Shown here: positions 10,405 to 19,185 of the stretch, piece by piece
Position numbering within the stretch: position 1 is the first letter of the stretch
Layout of the letters: each line of letters starts with the position of its first letter
Assembly (NCBI GenBank): GCA_965217865.1
Contig: CBDCJO010000002.1
Coordinates: 2,592,001 to 2,656,000, forward strand
Reading direction: 5' to 3'
Source of the DNA: Candidatus Latescibacterota bacterium
GTDB taxonomy: Bacteria; Latescibacterota; UBA2968; SICM01
DNA length: 64,000 nt
Program-made: the position numbers and the translations under genes
The notes under the pieces: generated by a model
Told to the model about the DNA's origin: nothing
The model's input: only the letters and a program-made list of their open reading frames with translations
Databases searched by the model: none

Positions 10405-10866
10405 CTAGGAAGCGATGTCTTCGGAAAGAAGCTCATCCAATTCCTCCTCGGAAATCGCGAACCCCTCTCCCATCGTCAAGATGTCGTCCTGTGTGAGAGA
10501 TTGCTTTCCAATAAATCCTTCTCCGAATTCATGGTAGGAACGAATCTCCTCCTCGCCGCTGCGCCAGCAAAGTTCATAGAAGAATCCGTCTTTGACTGTA
10601 TAGAAATTGACAGTCCCGTCATTTTTCATAACGCATCCGATTTTTGTCAGCCATTGCAATGTATTGGATATCTGAAGCTCAATGGCTTCCACGTCGCGGC
10701 TCAGGTTAATCGACTCGTCCCGGTTGATCGAACTTGATTTGGTTTTCTTGAAGGAGTCGTGTTTCTGCTTTAAGGAAGATTGCAGTGTCTCGATATTTCC
10801 CAATATCTTTTGTATCACTGGAATCGATCGGTTTGCCTGCGCGACGGTGAATATCCTGGGTTTCAT
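10405..10866 (-). CDS. DUF2203-like protein
   Basis: FTVAQAN...GCVMK..GTVNF...LCWRSGEEEI..YH...EGF pattern. Confidence 0.8.
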   Translation of the reverse strand: MKPRIFTVAQANRSIPVIQKILGNIETLQSSLKQKHDSFKKTKSSSINRDESINLSRDVEAIELQISNTLQWLTKIGCVMKNDGTVNFYTVKDGFFYELCWRSGEEEIRSYHEFGEGFIGKQSLTQDDILTMGEGFAISEEELDELLSEDIAS

Positions 10867-10923
10867 GGTTTCCTCTTTGTAAGACGGCGAAAAGCCCGTG
10901 CCGAAACCGTGGGTTCGCTTGGA

Positions 10924-11742
10924 TTAATGTTCGCTCCCACTTGCACGCGCCAGAAGCTGCACTTCGGGCTTATCTGCGAGCCACAGTTCGTTGACCTTCG
11001 TCGGATCGCCATAATCGTTTCCGGCTCGATCTTTACCCCGGGCAAGATACACCTGGTGTCCCATATGGTGGGTTGCCTTGACTGTGGTCGGCATATACCG
11101 CATCTGGAATCCACAACGGCGCATCGCCCCGGATGTTGCATTGGACCCGTGAATCAGGTAGGCGTCGTGCAGAGAGCAGCGGTTCGGTTCGAGGACACAG
11201 TCGACGGCCTCGGATTCGTCGAACAGATTCGGGTTGACGGTTTGCCGCAGGATATTTTGACTCGGGTCGCTTACGGGTTTATGCTCGCGGTCTCGGTCGC
11301 GGTGTGTGCCCGGGATTACGCGCATACAACCGTTCTCAACCCCGGCCGGGTCGATCGCCAGCCATATTGTGACGACTTCGATCCGATCCGCCAGCGTTTT
11401 CCAGTAAGAGGCGTCTTCGTGCCAGGGGACGCGCTTGCCTGCGGTCGGGAATTTATTGATGAAAGAACTGGCAAATAAGGCGATATCGGGCCCGATCAAA
11501 GGCTCTACCAGGTCGAGCACTTCATCCGCGAGCAACCAATTATTCAGCTTGGGGTCGATGAAATGAGAACGATCGATGACTTCGAGGGGTCGCTTTAGGA
11601 TTTTTCCCCACAACGCCATTCGAGATTCGCAGTGGTTCTTGAGCGCTGCGAATTTGTCGGGTGAAAACACAGGTTTGTCAAAAATGAGGTAACCCTGTTG
11701 TTTGTAAATCTCCGCTTGCTCTGTCGTCAGACGCAACGGCAT
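10924..11742 (-). CDS. Phytanoyl-CoA dioxygenase (PhyH) family Fe/2OG oxygenase
   Basis: PWHED, WLAID, NGCMRVIPGTH, HGS...R motifs. Confidence 0.92.
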   Translation of the reverse strand: MPLRLTTEQAEIYKQQGYLIFDKPVFSPDKFAALKNHCESRMALWGKILKRPLEVIDRSHFIDPKLNNWLLADEVLDLVEPLIGPDIALFASSFINKFPTAGKRVPWHEDASYWKTLADRIEVVTIWLAIDPAGVENGCMRVIPGTHRDRDREHKPVSDPSQNILRQTVNPNLFDESEAVDCVLEPNRCSLHDAYLIHGSNATSGAMRRCGFQMRYMPTTVKATHHMGHQVYLARGKDRAGNDYGDPTKVNELWLADKPEVQLLARASGSEH

Positions 11743-11906
11743 GGCAGACCTCTATCTCGGTTCACGTCTCCGACCACAATTTTCATCTTTTCATTCCCCA
11801 AACAGGTGTCGACGAGATCCGTGGTCCTGACTTCCAAGCTGGCACAGGCCCCTTCCCGACTCGATTTTACAGGGGTTGTCCCTCCGTAAATTCCCAACCG
11901 AACCAC

Positions 11907-12227
11907 TCAAGGGTTCTGAAATCGCTGGCGATCCTGTTCCGCTCGATCCCCAAAACTTTGCAGAGGGGTCACATCCCACTTCAGCAAACCCCAGAAGGGC
12001 AAATTCTGCAAAAGCCGACTTACCTCATCGTTGGATTCCGCCTCTATAATGCATACCCCGGCTCTGGCTCCGGCATAAATGCCTCCTGCCCGGATTTTGT
12101 TCTCCTTCTCCAGTTGGGCCATTGCCTCCATACTTGGTATGACCAAGTTCTCTACAATCCCGGCAAGCTGCTCGGGAGGAAGGAGGACACCAGGGTCGAT
12201 GTATTCTCCTTTTACCAGATAAAGCAT
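11907..12227 (-). CDS. Muconolactone delta-isomerase-like protein
   Basis: IIEAESNDEV..LL..LPFW...WDVTPL pattern. Confidence 0.7.
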   Translation of the reverse strand: MLYLVKGEYIDPGVLLPPEQLAGIVENLVIPSMEAMAQLEKENKIRAGGIYAGARAGVCIIEAESNDEVSRLLQNLPFWGLLKWDVTPLQSFGDRAEQDRQRFQNP

Positions 12228-12301
12228 GGGAATCTCCTATCTATGAGTTTGGGTAGTTTGCACCATTCGCCTGACAGCCAAGGGTTGGCTGGGATTCTTC
12301 A

Positions 12302-12703
12302 TTATCCCCCGGCACCACCGGCTTGAGCTGCGCGAATGACCTCTGTCGTTGCATCATCCAATGCGTGATCGGACAGGCTTATTCCGTGGGCCCCGTTTGC
12401 GGTCGCAAGTTGTGGGTCAGCATCCAACAGGATTTTCAAGTCGTCGACCCTGCCCAAACCTGCCGCCATAAATACATCCAGCTCGACGCCTTTTTGCAAG
12501 AGATATTCCAGAATCTCGCCCGCTTTGCAGTGGGCCGCCCCGTGTTGCGGAAGTTCATCGACTTTTCTGAAATCAGCAGCGTTCATCGCCTCGACGAGGT
12601 CGTCACGTCCTTCCAGAATTTCCCTGACAGCGGGAAAGTCCCCGTGGGTCGGGCCGACAAGACCGGATTCGTCCAAAAGGGCGATAGCTTCTTCGTGTGT
12701 CAT
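12302..12703 (-). CDS. Small ankyrin-like hypothetical protein
   Basis: HGAAH...ILEYLLQKG and LDVFMAAGLG...LLDADP ankyrin-like helices. Confidence 0.65.
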   Translation of the reverse strand: MTHEEAIALLDESGLVGPTHGDFPAVREILEGRDDLVEAMNAADFRKVDELPQHGAAHCKAGEILEYLLQKGVELDVFMAAGLGRVDDLKILLDADPQLATANGAHGISLSDHALDDATTEVIRAAQAGGAGG

Positions 12704-12724
12704 TCCTTGCTCTCCTCAGCCAGG

Positions 12725-13039
12725 TTATTTTAACTCACCAAACGCAAACGCCTGCTCCATCTCCTCCACTATCATCTTTCCCTCTTCGTCGGTTTCCATC
12801 ATCGTTGCCATATACGCCCCCCAACGCTCGTTCGCCGGCCCCTGCAGGCTGCGCTCAAAGTGCTCCTGGGAAGGCGCGGTGGCGTAAAGGAAGAGCCGGC
12901 CCTCGTAGTGGTAGATCACCATGTTCACATCGTTGGTACGCATCGCCTCGGCGATCTCGGGCCACAGTTCGTCGTGTGCTTTTTTGTAATCCGGATAGCG
13001 GTCCTGCTTTAGCTTATAAGTCAAACCCGTCGAATACAT
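12725..13039 (-). CDS. rhaM: L-rhamnose mutarotase family protein
   Basis: YKKAHDELWPEI motif and ERWGAYM. Confidence 0.8.
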   Translation of the reverse strand: MYSTGLTYKLKQDRYPDYKKAHDELWPEIAEAMRTNDVNMVIYHYEGRLFLYATAPSQEHFERSLQGPANERWGAYMATMMETDEEGKMIVEEMEQAFAFGELK

Positions 13040-13113
13040 AATCGCCTCCCGAGGGGAAAAGAGTTAACTCCAATCGTCTTTGTTCCATTAACACGCGACG
13101 AGCGTCCGGCACA

Positions 13114-13857
13114 TCAAGAGGACCGGAACTCCATGAGCCCGCCCGTGGGCTTGTAACCCGAAGGTTCCAGCACAACGATCGTCGGTCGCCCGTCCGCCAA
13201 CTGGGGCAATGGGAAGGTCACCGTGTGGTGGCGAGTGTAAATAACCGGATCGTTGGAACGGCGGTTGAGGAATACATCGAGAGGGGTCATGCCGACCGCG
13301 TCCGGACCCCCCAGCGGCGGCAGGGCATAATGCATGGGCACGATCCACGTGGGCTTGAGAAATTCGATCATCGGTTCGAGATCGTCAAGCTTGACGGTGT
13401 TCTTTTCTCCGACAATGGCCATCAGCACATCGCATTTGCCTTTCCAGGGAGCCAGCTCTTCCTCACCTAGGCCGTAGCCCAGATCGCCCAGGTGTGCGAA
13501 CCACAGGCCGCCGGCTTTGAAGGCGTACATCGCGTTGTCCATCGGCGTATGAAGATCATGGTCGGGGGCCTCCGCAGTCGCGATCGTTACCAAGGCCTCG
13601 CCGTTGATCGTCGCGGATTCCTCCCCAGCCACCAGGTCCAACGCGTTGATGACGCGCGGATTGCCATCCACCAACCCGACATTGCTGTGCGCCGTGTCTG
13701 TCAGAGAACTTACGATGACGGTGTCCGCATCGAGACGATGACCATCATCTTCCAATAGTACCTCCTTCGGGGAATAGGGGTCCATAACGATTGTCGGCCT
13801 GCCGTCCTCCCACAGGCGGAAACACGCGTGACCGATAAATTCGAGTTGCAGGGACAT
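13114..13857 (-). CDS. MBL-fold metallo-hydrolase
   Basis: GHACF, DPY, AHLGDLG, VPMHY; the first metal motif is degenerate (SSLTDTAH). Confidence 0.85.
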   Translation of the reverse strand: MSLQLEFIGHACFRLWEDGRPTIVMDPYSPKEVLLEDDGHRLDADTVIVSSLTDTAHSNVGLVDGNPRVINALDLVAGEESATINGEALVTIATAEAPDHDLHTPMDNAMYAFKAGGLWFAHLGDLGYGLGEEELAPWKGKCDVLMAIVGEKNTVKLDDLEPMIEFLKPTWIVPMHYALPPLGGPDAVGMTPLDVFLNRRSNDPVIYTRHHTVTFPLPQLADGRPTIVVLEPSGYKPTGGLMEFRSS

Positions 13858-13889
13858 GGTTAAACCTCCTCAGCATGTTCAGGTCAAAA

Positions 13890-14500
13890 TGTCATTCTGA
13901 GAGTTATCGATTTCTTTTAGTCAATGAGATAATTCAAACCAAGTATGTCATTCTGAGCCCCTTCGACAAGCTCAGGGCGGGCTCCGGCGAAGAATCTCTG
14001 TTTTCGGATCCCTCTGAAATAGTTTAAAACGATGACCTGTTCCCGTTGAGATCCTTCGCTATCGCTCAGGATGACATTTATGTCACGTGATATTGGGTCG
14101 ATTTTAAAGCGAGCTTATCAAGAGGCCCTTTGTCGATTTCTCTTTGTCTAATAAATAATCCAAACCAAGTATGTCATTCTGAGCCGAAGGCGAAGAATCT
14201 CTGTTTTCACCCATCCTCTTCACCGCATTCCGTGAAAACTCTGGCGAAGAATCTCTGTTTTCGCCGAACCCCCTTCGCGCCTCAGGGAAAACTCCGGCGA
14301 AGAACCTCTGTTTTCGAATCTCTCTGAAATATTTAAAAACGAATGGCCTGTTCCTGTTGAGATCCTTCGCTATCGCTCAGGATGACATTTATGTCACGTG
14401 ATATTGAGTTGATTTTAAAGCAAGCTTATCATGAGCCACTTCGGCTCACTTCGTTCGCTCGGGCAGGCTCCCCGAAGAATCTCTGTTTTCTGATTCCCTC
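13890..14500. repeat. REP/REPIN-like palindromic repeat cluster, left of the GIY-YIG gene
   Basis: Arms TGTCATTCTGAGC..GCGAAGAATCTC (13946, 14172) pair with inverted GAGATCCTTCGCTATCGCTCAGGATGACA (14048-14076, 14359-14387); additional solo arms. Confidence 0.9.
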
Positions 14501-14507
14501 TGATTGG

Positions 14508-14843
14508 TCAAAGGTCTGAGGGACCCTCTCCATTATATCCTTCAGTAACCCATTCAGCGCTTAAGTCTTTCCACCCTGGATTCAAAGATTCTATAGTCTC
14601 AATTTTCTTTGACCTGACCCATCCTTTTATCTGTTTTTTCCTCGATAAGGCCGACCTAATATCATTAAATACTTCATAGAAGACCAATCGAGTGATGTTG
14701 TACTTTTCAGAAAAACCTTTTAGCAACTTATTCTTGTGCTCATTCATGCGCCGTTCAAGGTTGTTGGTTAGTCCAGTATAAAGCGTACCCGATTTGTTGG
14801 TCATAATATAAACATAATACTGATGCAAACCCTTCATCTCCAT
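14508..14843 (-). CDS. Small GIY-YIG nuclease family protein (UPF0213-like)
   Basis: YYVYIM...LYTGLTNNLERR..EH...KQIKGW.RSKK...NP.WKDL. Confidence 0.92.
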   Translation of the reverse strand: MEMKGLHQYYVYIMTNKSGTLYTGLTNNLERRMNEHKNKLLKGFSEKYNITRLVFYEVFNDIRSALSRKKQIKGWVRSKKIETIESLNPGWKDLSAEWVTEGYNGEGPSDL

Positions 14844-14849
14844 TTGAAT

Positions 14850-15153
14850 TCGGCGAAGAGATTTATCGATTTCTCTTCGTCTATGAGACTGAGGGAATCA
14901 AAAATGTCATCTTGAGCCACCGGCGAAGAATCTCTGTTTTCGGATCCCTTTGAACAGTTTAAAAACGATCCCCTTTTCCCGTTGAGATCCTTCGCTATCG
15001 CTCAGGATGACATTTAGGTCTCGTGATATTGGATCGATTTTAAAGCACGCTTATCCTGAGCCCTTTATCGATTTCTCTTCGTCTATGAGACTGAGGGAAT
15101 CAAAAATGTCATTCTGAGCCACCGGCGAAGAATCTCTGTTTTCGGATTCCCTC
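14850..15153. repeat. REP/REPIN-like repeat cluster, right of the GIY-YIG gene
   Basis: Arm at 14905 pairs with inverted arm 14984-15012; solo arm 15107-15136; direct repeat unit of about 200 bp (14863 vs 15065). Confidence 0.9.
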
Positions 15154-15945
15154 TCAAGGTTCATGTTCCGGGAAATCCTTCTTGTATCGGTGAAGCAATG
15201 CTTCTACATCGTTCCCCACGATATATATCTTGCCCCGAATGTGTTTGCTTTCGCCGGGCTTCAATCCCCCGATCCGAAAGTCGGAATGGATGCACTGCAA
15301 GACGCCCTGGAATAGTTCCTGGTACGGTTCCCAGGCCGTGGCCAGGATCGTGTCTTCGTCCCTGGAAAAACACCCAACCAATCCGTTGCTCGGGACGAGT
15401 GCATTCAGTGGGCGGGGATTGACATCTGTACTGGGGATATCACGCGGACACCACACCTGTCCGGGGGTGTAACGCGCCGACGTGTTCCAGCCGGGAGTGG
15501 GCATTCGTGCGAGTTCATTGTCAAGGAAAACGAAGCATCTCCTGATGTAGACGTATGGATCCTCGGCGTCCTCAGATCCAGTGAACGCACCGACACGGAT
15601 ACAGGGCTGTGCCCAGTGCGCTTCCGATTCGGTGTCGGTCGGGTTGTGTGCTGTGAGTTGGAAGTCGATCTCGTCCGCGCCGGTCGTGATCGCGTGCGAC
15701 ACCACGCATCCGTCAGAGAGCTCGGTCTCCAAATCTAGCCTCGTACCGCCTGCATCACCGGACAGCAGAACGGTCCTGTGGCTGATCAAGGTGTCCTTCC
15801 ACTCACGATCGTGGGAACCCGCGCGGCAGAAGGCTTCGAGGTAGTTGACGTCAACTCCGCCTGCAAAAAGGCCTGTCCCTTGAATCGACAGGATACTTTC
15901 GTTCCAGGAAATGCGGAGACTGAGGGGTATCGAACCCATTGTCAA
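15154..15945 (-). CDS. Conserved hypothetical protein
   Basis: Long ORF (YLEAFCR, WAQPCIRV, ELFQGV..CIHSDFRIGG); function not recognised. Confidence 0.75.
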   Translation of the reverse strand: MTMGSIPLSLRISWNESILSIQGTGLFAGGVDVNYLEAFCRAGSHDREWKDTLISHRTVLLSGDAGGTRLDLETELSDGCVVSHAITTGADEIDFQLTAHNPTDTESEAHWAQPCIRVGAFTGSEDAEDPYVYIRRCFVFLDNELARMPTPGWNTSARYTPGQVWCPRDIPSTDVNPRPLNALVPSNGLVGCFSRDEDTILATAWEPYQELFQGVLQCIHSDFRIGGLKPGESKHIRGKIYIVGNDVEALLHRYKKDFPEHEP

Positions 15946-16018
15946 TCGTTCTCGGCTTAGCGTGTCCGGTCATCCAACCATCTTATCAGGCGTCCTACGG
16001 ATTCAGTCGGTTTTCTTT

Positions 16019-16651
16019 TCAAGCAAATCGATAACTCGCGTGTGTATCGTAATCGACTCCATGCTTCTTTTTTAACGACTGAATGTAGGTTAAAGTACTC
16101 TCGGTATGTGGACTTGCCACCCCACCGTCAGGCATTTTCTCGAATGTGTGAAGAAGTGTCTCTTCAAGCATTTCCCCGATCGTCATGTTCTTGTGGGTTG
16201 CCAGGTCCTCCATCAACCCCAAGAGCCGATTTTCAATTCGTGCTGTAACAGGCTTCCTGTCGACTTCTATCTTCGGCTCCCGGGCCGGTATGCCCTGGCT
16301 AAAGCGGATGATGTGTCCGTTCGGGTCTTTCACCTGGATTTCTCTGCATCCCCACGGTTCATCCTTGGGTCCGTGCACAACCTCCGCCCCCAATTCAGTT
16401 ATCCTCTGGTAATACCCATCCACATCATCCATAAAAATTGACATCCAGGTTCCCGGATTCCCTTGCCCTTTGAGGCAGAAAAAGATTTCAACCTTATCGA
16501 GACCGACACACCCAAAGGAAGGCGGGTTGCCCCAGTCCCAGTGAAGTTTAAAGAGCAGTTTATTCGTATAGTAGTCCACGGCTTCCTGAAAGTCGTTGAC
16601 GCACAGTATGGGTGTCAAACATTCCGTTGAAATCTTCTTTATATCGCTCAT
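16019..16651 (-). CDS. VOC/glyoxalase-bleomycin resistance protein with a C-terminal extension
   Basis: DEPWGCRE..VKDPNGH motif. Confidence 0.85.
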   Translation of the reverse strand: MSDIKKISTECLTPILCVNDFQEAVDYYTNKLLFKLHWDWGNPPSFGCVGLDKVEIFFCLKGQGNPGTWMSIFMDDVDGYYQRITELGAEVVHGPKDEPWGCREIQVKDPNGHIIRFSQGIPAREPKIEVDRKPVTARIENRLLGLMEDLATHKNMTIGEMLEETLLHTFEKMPDGGVASPHTESTLTYIQSLKKKHGVDYDTHASYRFA

Positions 16652-16682
16652 CGGTTCACCTCCTGATTAAGCCAGACCTGTA

Positions 16683-17891
16683 TTACTTCAAATCCGTAAT
16701 CGAATCTTTGACTGCCTGAATCGTATCATCAATATCTTGATCCGTGTGTGCCAGGGATAGAAACATGGGGTGACGTGGATGCAGATAAAAGCCGCGAGCC
16801 AGACAGCCTTGAAGCATTTTAATACAGCGGTCTCGATCCTCTTCCTTCATTATCGGTTTCGGCATGGGCCCCACTCCACTCAGGCTATAGCCCAGACCTC
16901 CTTCTTCACAAACCTGGTTAACCCCTTCTATCAGGCGGCTGCCCAGCGTCCACTGATAGTCAATGCCATCGCGGCGCTTCATTTCTCCGATCACGGCTTC
17001 GATCGCCACCAGACTTGGCAAATCGCAGTGAAAAGTCGCTGCGAGCCAGACCGCCTGGCATTTTTCTGAGCTTAATATTTCTTTCTTCCCGGTGACAAAA
17101 CTCGCGGGGTAACCATTGCCGCACGCTTTGCCGTAAGTGGCCAGATCAGGGGTTACGCCGTAAAGCTCGCTTGCGCCCCCAAAAGCTACTCGAAACCCGA
17201 CTTTGATTTCATCAAACACACAAAGCGCGCCGTACTGATGCGTCAGGGAAAGCGCGTCTTGAAGAAATCCCACCGGGGGGCCGGCGTCGCGAATCGTTTC
17301 CTGAATCAGGCAAGCCACCTGATTTTCGTTTTGTTTCAATGCATCTTCCAGCGCGTTCAAATCACCATAGGGAATTTCCAGTGTCAACTCGCCCACCTGC
17401 TGGGGGACTCCAGGATCCCGTGGATAAGCCCAGTCGTGCCAGCCGTGATAACCGCATCGTATAATTTTATCCCGTCCCGTGTAGGCCCTGGCCAGACGCA
17501 CCGCCGCAGTGGTCGCCGAGCTTCCGCCAATCACAAAGCCCAGCATATCCGCCCCGGGAATCAATTCCAGCAACAGCTCTGCGACTTCAAGCTCTTTGGG
17601 ATGCGCGGTTGTGTATACGGTCCCCTCCTCCATCTGTCTGCGAACCGCTTCGTTCACTACGGGGTCGTTGTGTCCCAGGAGAATGGGGCCAAACCCGAGC
17701 AGGAAATCCAGATATTCATTTCCATCCACATCCCAGAATCGTGCGCCGGAAGCTCGCTGTGTAAAAACAGGATAGCCCATCCCGAGCATATCATGACTGC
17801 GTTTGTGTCCCTGACACCCACGAATAATGATTTCGTCGGAACGGGCAAGCATCTTTTTCGAAGTTTCAATGTTGTAAGGCTTCACAGGCAT
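16683..17891 (-). CDS. Class III PLP aminotransferase (glutamate-1-semialdehyde aminomutase-like)
   Basis: WDVDGNEYLD, YHGWHD, FDEIKVGFR, DLATYGKACGNG. Confidence 0.92.
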   Translation of the reverse strand: MPVKPYNIETSKKMLARSDEIIIRGCQGHKRSHDMLGMGYPVFTQRASGARFWDVDGNEYLDFLLGFGPILLGHNDPVVNEAVRRQMEEGTVYTTAHPKELEVAELLLELIPGADMLGFVIGGSSATTAAVRLARAYTGRDKIIRCGYHGWHDWAYPRDPGVPQQVGELTLEIPYGDLNALEDALKQNENQVACLIQETIRDAGPPVGFLQDALSLTHQYGALCVFDEIKVGFRVAFGGASELYGVTPDLATYGKACGNGYPASFVTGKKEILSSEKCQAVWLAATFHCDLPSLVAIEAVIGEMKRRDGIDYQWTLGSRLIEGVNQVCEEGGLGYSLSGVGPMPKPIMKEEDRDRCIKMLQGCLARGFYLHPRHPMFLSLAHTDQDIDDTIQAVKDSITDLK

Positions 17892-17907
17892 TTATGATAC
17901 ATCCACA

Positions 17908-19152
17908 CTATTTGTCCCCGGGCGACAAAGTTATCGTTGCTTTCTGTTTTCCGGGATTGAATTCGGCCGTGTAGCAAGAACCATCAACCTCAAGCTCGTA
18001 TGTGCCGAAAAAGCCTCGGAATTGGAGAAGTCCCTGAGCATCAATTTCGCCGGAACCTTTCGTAACCCAATCGGTCTTGACGAGACGCTCATACGTCTGA
18101 GCCGCTGGAGTTGGGGACCAATCCCTGCGCCACAGGTGAGCTTCCGTGTGCCATCCCTCGTGGGCCTGGAGCTCCACCCCGTGCGGCCACATCTCAGGCT
18201 CCCAAAAACCCCAACGATTTATGCCCACCACTGCTGGATGCGCAAAACACAGGCCATAAAGGCGCTCTAGATCTGTCGCATACTGCTTCTCATCAGTGGC
18301 CTGAACCCCGAACTCTGTAACCCGGATCGAGAGGTTGAATTGCGACAGGGCTTCGAGTTTCTCCCACATTTCTTCCTCACCCGGGATTGTCTTACCAAAG
18401 AAGTGGCCCTGAAGGCCAATCCCTCCCACAGGCACCCCTGCATCCGTCAATGACCGTATCAGTTCAATGTATCGTGGGGTCTTATCGCCGGCAAGGATGC
18501 TGTTTTCATTGAGGTAGAAGGTTGCAGAGGGGTCAATCTCGTTCGCCCACCGGAAATATGGTTCTAAGGTTTGGATACCCAGGACATTGCTGAAATAGTC
18601 TCCGAGCTCGAGCCTTTGTTTCCCCAGGACCTCATTGTTAAGGACATAGTCAGATATTTTTCCTTCGAAAAGAGTTAGAACATGACGCAGTTGGCGCTTC
18701 ATGGCCTTTTCAAGATCGTCCTTCTTCAGCTCCCTCACCCAGGGCTGGACGAAAGGCAGTTGCTCATCTGCCGGATCGGCATCGTCGAGACCGTCCGATC
18801 CATAGAATATCGCATGACCCAGTGTTTTCTTCTGATGTTTTTTACACCAGTCCGCTATCGAGAGGTAAGGCTGATCATTGTACTTGGACGGTTCCGGTTC
18901 GATGGCATGCCAGAAGATGGGGATCAGGATGGAATTGAAATATTTGTCAATGTGCAGAAGGTAGTCTCGTCGATCGCTGTTTGTCTCGGGGCGCATGAAA
19001 TAGGAACGAAATAAGACGGTTCCTAATTCAAAGTTCAAGCGGGTCAGAGTGAAAGTGACCTTTGTCCCCTGGGATGCACCGACAAAGTTTATCGAAAAAT
19101 GGCCTTTTCTATTCTGCTCTATGAGTGAACTCAGATTCATATCGTCTATCAC
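17908..19152 (-). CDS. GH10 endo-1,4-beta-xylanase-like glycoside hydrolase
   Basis: VLNNE acid/base, YLNE, GIGLQGH, RVTEF nucleophile, WGFW, FRGFFG tail. Confidence 0.88.
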   Translation of the reverse strand: MIDDMNLSSLIEQNRKGHFSINFVGASQGTKVTFTLTRLNFELGTVLFRSYFMRPETNSDRRDYLLHIDKYFNSILIPIFWHAIEPEPSKYNDQPYLSIADWCKKHQKKTLGHAIFYGSDGLDDADPADEQLPFVQPWVRELKKDDLEKAMKRQLRHVLTLFEGKISDYVLNNEVLGKQRLELGDYFSNVLGIQTLEPYFRWANEIDPSATFYLNENSILAGDKTPRYIELIRSLTDAGVPVGGIGLQGHFFGKTIPGEEEMWEKLEALSQFNLSIRVTEFGVQATDEKQYATDLERLYGLCFAHPAVVGINRWGFWEPEMWPHGVELQAHEGWHTEAHLWRRDWSPTPAAQTYERLVKTDWVTKGSGEIDAQGLLQFRGFFGTYELEVDGSCYTAEFNPGKQKATITLSPGDK

Positions 19153-19185
19153 AAGGCTGACGGGCTTGGTCAGCCTGCAGAATCC

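Noticed and set aside
13890-15153. CRISPR array
   Set aside because: Repeats alternate in orientation, spacers are homologous to each other, and no cas genes are present.
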